A DNA stretch of 50,833 nt from a virus (lineage: Duplodnaviria > Caudoviricetes). This document shows positions 46,857 to 50,833 of the stretch, in pieces. A program made the translations under genes and the position numbers. The notes beneath the pieces were generated by a model, which was given only the letters and a program-made list of their open reading frames with translations, had not been told where the DNA came from and did no database searches. The stretch lies in the IMG/VR virus record IMGVR_UViG_3300027763_000080, positions 1 through 50,833 of that record; one strand, written 5' to 3'. How positions within the stretch are numbered: position 1 is the first letter of the stretch; the number at the start of each line of letters is the position of its first letter.

Positions 46857-47132
46857 ATGAGAAAGTTATTAAGAGAATTAATTAGTGATGATAATTCAAT
46901 CAACGAACAGGCATTTGTAGGAGTTGTTTCCTTTTTTGCGATGGTATTTGTTTTAACAGTTGATGTTATCACAGGAATATTAGGTAATGAACTAGTAATT
47001 AAAGAATTTATCTTTGATGGATTTATGTTATTAACTTTAGGCGCATTTGGTATCACAACTGCCGGAAGAGTTTTGAGTTTGAAACATAAAAACAAGAAAA
47101 AACAAGAAAACACAGAAGAAATAGTAGATTAA
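46857..47132 (+). CDS. Two-TM holin-like protein
   Basis: Two TM helices, charged C-terminus, precedes endolysin. Confidence 0.6.
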   Translation: MRKLLRELISDDNSINEQAFVGVVSFFAMVFVLTVDVITGILGNELVIKEFIFDGFMLLTLGAFGITTAGRVLSLKHKNKKKQENTEEIVD

Positions 47133-47151
47133 TCATATAAAAAACAACAAC

Positions 47152-47658
47152 ATGCAATTAAGTAAAAATTTAGCACTGGCAGAAGTAACACGTAGTGAAA
47201 CTGCAAAACGTAAAGGAATCAGCAATATGCCAACTCCCGAACACATTGAAAACTTTAAAAAGTTAGCTGAAAATGTATTTCAACCAATACGTGAACACTT
47301 TGCTGTTCCCATTCGTATTAGTTCAGGATACCGTTCAGCTGCATTAAATAAAGCAATTGGTGGAGCAGGTAAAACAGTTAATGGTGTATATGTCCCTTCA
47401 TCACAGCATTGTACTGGTGAAGCTATTGATATTGACATGGATGGAACGTCAATTACAAATAAGCAGGTTTTCGACTTCATTAAGGAACATTTGAATTTCG
47501 ACCAATTAATAGCGGAATTTCCTAAAAACGGTAATCCAGATTGGGTACATGTATCTTATGAATCAACAGGAAAACAACGTAAGCAAATCTTAGTTGCTAA
47601 GAAAGTTGGCTCTGCTACAAAGTACATACCTTACAAATCAGATGGTGATTTACAATAA
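47152..47658 (+). CDS. Peptidase M15 endolysin
   Basis: ISSGYRS, SQHCTGEAID, WVHVS zinc-ligand motifs. Confidence 0.9.
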   Translation: MQLSKNLALAEVTRSETAKRKGISNMPTPEHIENFKKLAENVFQPIREHFAVPIRISSGYRSAALNKAIGGAGKTVNGVYVPSSQHCTGEAIDIDMDGTSITNKQVFDFIKEHLNFDQLIAEFPKNGNPDWVHVSYESTGKQRKQILVAKKVGSATKYIPYKSDGDLQ

Positions 47659-48302
47659 TGGCTTATCTGTATAGACATATTAGACTTGATAAGAACATTC
47701 CTTTTTACATAGGTATTGGTAAAAGCGAATTAAATTATAACAGGGCTTACGAGAAAAATCAAAGGAATCAATATTGGAATAATATTGTAAAATCAATTGA
47801 TTATAAAGTAGAAATAATGTTAGACGATTTATCTTGGGAAGAAGCTTGTGCAAAAGAAATAGAGTTTATTAAATTCTATGGGAAGAATACAAAAAATGGT
47901 TATTTATGTAATATTGCCGATGGAGGAAATGGTGGTTTTTTAAGTGAGGAAATAAATTTAAAAAGAAAAGTAACCTTATTAGGACATATAGTAACTGCTG
48001 AAACTAAAGAAAAAATTAGATTTAAGTCAACAGGCAGAAAAGCATCTGAACAAACTAAAATGAAAATGTCTGAAATTCACAAAAAGAATAAAACAGGAAG
48101 TTGGTTAAATTCAAAAGGTCATGAAAATGGAAGAGCCTTTAAAGTATATCAATATTCAAAAGAAGGTGAATTTTTAAAAGAATGGGAATGTGCTAAATAT
48201 GCATTAGATTTTTATAATTTGAATGCTACATGTATCACAGATTGTTTAAAAGGCAGACAAAAGACAGGCGGTGGTTTTATTTGGAAAGATATTAAATGTT
48301 AA
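47658..48302 (+). CDS. GIY-YIG-type homing endonuclease with NUMOD3/NUMOD1-like DNA-binding repeats
   Basis: YLYRH...FYIGIG...R; ETKEKIR, EQTKMKMSE; VYQYSKEGEFLKEW...GGFIWK. Confidence 0.8.
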   Translation: MAYLYRHIRLDKNIPFYIGIGKSELNYNRAYEKNQRNQYWNNIVKSIDYKVEIMLDDLSWEEACAKEIEFIKFYGKNTKNGYLCNIADGGNGGFLSEEINLKRKVTLLGHIVTAETKEKIRFKSTGRKASEQTKMKMSEIHKKNKTGSWLNSKGHENGRAFKVYQYSKEGEFLKEWECAKYALDFYNLNATCITDCLKGRQKTGGGFIWKDIKC

Positions 48303-48327
48303 CTAACAAAAATATTATTTTTACACA

Positions 48328-48681
48328 ATGAACAACAATAAGTTATACAACATTTTGTTAACTGCTATCTTGGGGTTATGTTTATTCTTTTGGAATCGAA
48401 CAAACACCGAGAAGAACGAATTGAAAGGTTTGTCAAATTTGTATTTGCAGAAGTACAAGCAGAATAGTTTGGAAATCATCGCGAAAAGAGAAAAGCAGAT
48501 TAAATATCTTGAAGCTCAAATTGTGAAGAAACAAACCTTAATTCAAAAGTCGTATGTTGCATTGGATAGTTTGAAACATTTGAAATCCAAAGTGAATGTG
48601 GTTTACGTTAACAAAGTGAAAGATATAAATGATTTTAATTCAAATCAACTAGAAAATTATTTCAATGAAGAACTTAATTAA
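48328..48681 (+). CDS. Second i-spanin-like protein
   Basis: N-terminal TM plus coiled coil; overlaps next gene. Confidence 0.55.
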   Translation: MNNNKLYNILLTAILGLCLFFWNRTNTEKNELKGLSNLYLQKYKQNSLEIIAKREKQIKYLEAQIVKKQTLIQKSYVALDSLKHLKSKVNVVYVNKVKDINDFNSNQLENYFNEELN

Positions 48682-49114
48682 GGTTGTAACATGTGTTTTT
48701 TGCCTTTTGCTTACATCTGATGCGTTTTCACAAGTCAAGACGAGTAAATACCCATCTATTCAAGTTATAGAGTCAGATACGGTAATTATTTTTGATTTAG
48801 AACAAGGGCGTAAACTTGCAATTATCAACGAGAGCAAAAAACATTTAGAACAACTGAATGAGATCCAATTGAAAGAGTTGAATGAAAAAGATTCAATTAT
48901 CATAAATCAGAACGCAATTATAGTTCATGATGATAAAATCAAAAAGGCATACAACGACATTATAGTTGAGAATAAGAATTTAGAAAAACTGTGCCAGGAT
49001 GAGAAATCAATTCTGATGCAAGAAATAAAAAAACAAAAGCGCTACAAATGGTACGCGATTATTGGAGGTATTACAACAACTAGTTTTGTAATGTGGTTGT
49101 CCATCAAAAATTAA
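48665..49114 (+). CDS. Signal-peptide protein with coiled coil and C-terminal TM (spanin-like)
   Basis: AFSQ cleavage site; paralogous N-domain to 46306. Confidence 0.55.
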   Translation: MKNLIKVVTCVFCLLLTSDAFSQVKTSKYPSIQVIESDTVIIFDLEQGRKLAIINESKKHLEQLNEIQLKELNEKDSIIINQNAIIVHDDKIKKAYNDIIVENKNLEKLCQDEKSILMQEIKKQKRYKWYAIIGGITTTSFVMWLSIKN

Positions 49115-49115
49115 T

Positions 49116-49484
49116 ATGAAAGATTCTAGGCATAATCAGTTATTGTTAGCAGTAGGTATTGGATTAATCGCAAGTGATTTAATTCCTACACCTGCAGACG
49201 CTGTTTATTTCAATTACATGCGAAATAACAAACAAAAACTTGAAGAAGGTGAGATAACACCTAAACAATATTGGACGCGTGATGCTTTATCCTATTATGG
49301 TTTAAATCCATTGTTTTGGGCTGGCGTTTTAGGTATTAGTTTTGTTGCAGGTAAATCATACGAACAAAGAAGAAACATATTAATTGGATTAATTGCTGGT
49401 GGTGTGGTTATTGGAGTAATTCATAGAAATATTCGCAAGGATGAAGTAATGTATCAACTTAGAAAGGAAAAAGAGGGTGAATAA
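49116..49484 (+). CDS. Multi-TM membrane protein
   Basis: Three hydrophobic segments. Confidence 0.75.
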   Translation: MKDSRHNQLLLAVGIGLIASDLIPTPADAVYFNYMRNNKQKLEEGEITPKQYWTRDALSYYGLNPLFWAGVLGISFVAGKSYEQRRNILIGLIAGGVVIGVIHRNIRKDEVMYQLRKEKEGE

Positions 49485-49521
49485 ACTAACGCGGTATGCA
49501 ATCGCTTTAAATTAAACACCC

Positions 49522-49617
49522 TCATTTCTTAAAATTTACAAATGCAATGATATAAAAACTTACAAAACAAATTATAATCAACGATATAAATTGCTTCAAT
49601 TCGTAACTAAATTGCAT
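49522..49617 (-). CDS. 31-aa membrane peptide
   Basis: MQFSYELKQFISLIIICFVSFYIIAFVNFKK; TAATG coupling. Confidence 0.5.
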   Translation of the reverse strand: MQFSYELKQFISLIIICFVSFYIIAFVNFKK

Positions 49618-49706
49618 TACAGAAAATAATTTATTAAAACTCCATAAAAACCTATTCCCGCTAAAAAGTATATAAGGTTATTCAACCATTGTGGGTAATC
49701 TTTCAT
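49617..49706 (-). CDS. 29-aa membrane peptide
   Basis: MKDYPQWLNNLIYFLAGIGFYGVLINYFL; ATGA coupling. Confidence 0.55.
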   Translation of the reverse strand: MKDYPQWLNNLIYFLAGIGFYGVLINYFL

Positions 49707-49876
49707 TCTTCTTGTTGTTTATATTCTTCGCTTCTTTGCTTGAACCATTTGTTTGTTTCAACTTCCAATTGTTGATGGAAATAATAAGGTCTTAAACCAT
49801 TTGCTTTGCAATAAAGTATTTTGTTTTTCAAGAAAAAAAGTCTTTTCTCTATTTTCCATGACTTATCTTGTTTCAT
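49703..49876 (-). CDS. 57-aa protein ending KQQEE
   Basis: Coupled at both ends by ATGA overlaps. Confidence 0.6.
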   Translation of the reverse strand: MKQDKSWKIEKRLFFLKNKILYCKANGLRPYYFHQQLEVETNKWFKQRSEEYKQQEE

Positions 49877-49986
49877 TGTTCTTGTTGTTTTTCTTCTGTT
49901 TTAAATATTTCTAATAAAATTGGTATAGAAAATATAGTTATAAAATATTTTCCTATAAATCTTATAGTGCTTCTTCTAATTCTCAT
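49873..49986 (-). CDS. 37-aa protein ending KQQEQ
   Basis: MRIRRSTIRFIGKYFITIFSIPILLEIFKTEEKQQEQ. Confidence 0.5.
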   Translation of the reverse strand: MRIRRSTIRFIGKYFITIFSIPILLEIFKTEEKQQEQ

Positions 49987-49998
49987 CTTAATTCTTCT

Positions 49999-50220
49999 TT
50001 AGTAAATACCTTTTTTAATTATCCATAAAATTTTACCGAAATTCTTTTCAGAACGACTTTCAATTTTAATTCTAAGACTATCCCAATCTTGATTCATAGC
50101 ATACACACATAACTCCATTTTAAATGGTAAACTTAAGTAAAAAGGAATTTTAAAACCAAATTTTCTATATGAATGTCGGTAGTAGGATTTTCTAACAAAT
50201 CGGCTTAAATATTTTTTCAT
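49999..50220 (-). CDS. Basic hypothetical protein
   Basis: Starts within the junction repeat. Confidence 0.55.
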   Translation of the reverse strand: MKKYLSRFVRKSYYRHSYRKFGFKIPFYLSLPFKMELCVYAMNQDWDSLRIKIESRSEKNFGKILWIIKKGIY

Positions 50221-50390
50221 TGTTCTTGTTGTTTAAATGTTTTTACTTCGTCTTTAACTTGTTCATAATAATCATATAGTTTTTCATCGTGATAAACACT
50301 TTTAATTCCTTGTATCTCATCAACTACTTTTGATGCAAGGTCTTTTCCAAACTTATTTATAAAATACTGTGCTTTTTCTTGTGGTGTCAT
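50217..50390 (-). CDS. 57-aa protein (MTPQEKA... type) ending KQQEQ
   Basis: MTPQEKAQYFINKF...YYEQVKDEVKTFKQQEQ. Confidence 0.65.
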   Translation of the reverse strand: MTPQEKAQYFINKFGKDLASKVVDEIQGIKSVYHDEKLYDYYEQVKDEVKTFKQQEQ

Positions 50391-50392
50391 TA

Positions 50393-50632
50393 TTATTTTT
50401 CTTTCATTAGTTCAACACCTTCAAGATATGGTGCTCTATCTAAAGGTAAGTGAGCAATAATCTTACTGCAACCTTTATTATCAGTACCACATGGATTATA
50501 AAGACAATCTTCTACATCTTCATTTGTCCATTTATAAATACCCGCACCATTATATGTAAGGTCATTTACTTTTATCTTCTCATCACTCAATACAAGTATA
50601 TAGTGCTTTGTTTTAATTGTTTCTGTTTTCAT
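50393..50632 (-). CDS. Hypothetical phage protein
   Basis: 79 aa; starts within the junction repeat. Confidence 0.65.
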   Translation of the reverse strand: MKTETIKTKHYILVLSDEKIKVNDLTYNGAGIYKWTNEDVEDCLYNPCGTDNKGCSKIIAHLPLDRAPYLEGVELMKEK

Positions 50633-50833
50633 TGTTTTTGTTGTTTTAGTTCTTCGCCTGTTAATACAAAGTATAAATTTTGAAGTTGGTGTACATAGTC
50701 TATCCTACTAATAATTGAAGTCTTATATCTAAAAAAATTAGGAAGCATTATTTCAAGTTCACTCAAATAGTATGTATTATCAATTTTGTCTTTTTTAGCA
50801 CCTAACTTTATCAGCCATTCTTCTGTTAGTGGA
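50629..50833 (-). CDS. 3' part of Bacteroidota-phage-type protein (PLTEEWL...YVHQLQNLYF.LTGEEL), ending KQQKQ
   Basis: Open frame from window edge; motif recalled from Bacteroidota phage hypothetical proteins. Confidence 0.7.
   Translation of the reverse strand, partial: PLTEEWLIKLGAKKDKIDNTYYLSELEIMLPNFFRYKTSIISRIDYVHQLQNLYFVLTGEELKQQKQ

Larger units (their letters stand above)
49701..50646 (-). repeat. Four dispersed copies of the gene-junction repeat AAACAACAARAASAATGAAA
   Basis: Copies at 49701-49720, 49871-49890, 50215-50234, 50627-50646. Confidence 0.9.
1..50833. mobile_element. Segment of a bacteriophage genome, probably a tailless membrane-containing virus of Bacteroidota
   Basis: No housekeeping genes; tightly packed operons; packaging ATPase, lysis enzymes, homing endonuclease, many tiny ORFs; TAnnTTTG promoters. 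Confidence 0.85.

Noticed and set aside
49473-49523. GAGGGTG/CACCCTC inverted repeat at the convergence of the two strands
   Set aside because: Could be a bidirectional terminator, but the arms are far apart and partly coding; too weak to call
1-50833. Eukaryotic giant virus (NCLDV) origin or alternative genetic code
   Set aside because: Peptidoglycan hydrolases, holin/spanin-like genes, coupled operons and Bacteroidota promoters indicate a bacterial host; standard-code ORFs tile the window densely

Overview
AT-rich, densely coded viral (phage) DNA. The host is most likely a Bacteroidota/Flavobacteria member: TAnnTTTG promoter elements precede most operons, starts are A-rich without Shine-Dalgarno sites, and signal peptides end in S-Q. 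I recognise no terminase, portal, HK97 capsid, tail tube, sheath or tape measure gene. Instead the window has an A32/FtsK-HerA-type packaging ATPase (17048), two paralogous beta-rich capsid-protein candidates (22829, 29536), about 17 small membrane-anchored proteins in one operon, an HExxH protease, membrane-anchored muralytic enzymes, two Gly/Cys-rich fibre-like proteins and glycosyl-/methyl-/sulfo-transferases. This suggests an unusually large tailless, internal-membrane (Varidnaviria-like) bacterial virus. Two recurrent peptide motifs suggest proteolytic maturation: [FYML]xxGGx(hydrophobic) separates domains in two polyvalent proteins, and an xx[NGSP][AF][DET]G-type motif recurs across about nine structural proteins. 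Also present are an ART-PolyVal-type protein, a MoxR/CobS-like AAA+ ATPase, a minimal topoisomerase IB, a tRNA-like element with aberrant D/anticodon arms, a lysis region with duplicated spanin-like pairs, a GIY-YIG endonuclease, and a minus-strand array of tiny genes joined by a repeated 20-nt junction encoding KQQEQ*. All family calls come from motif recognition by eye; no searches were run.
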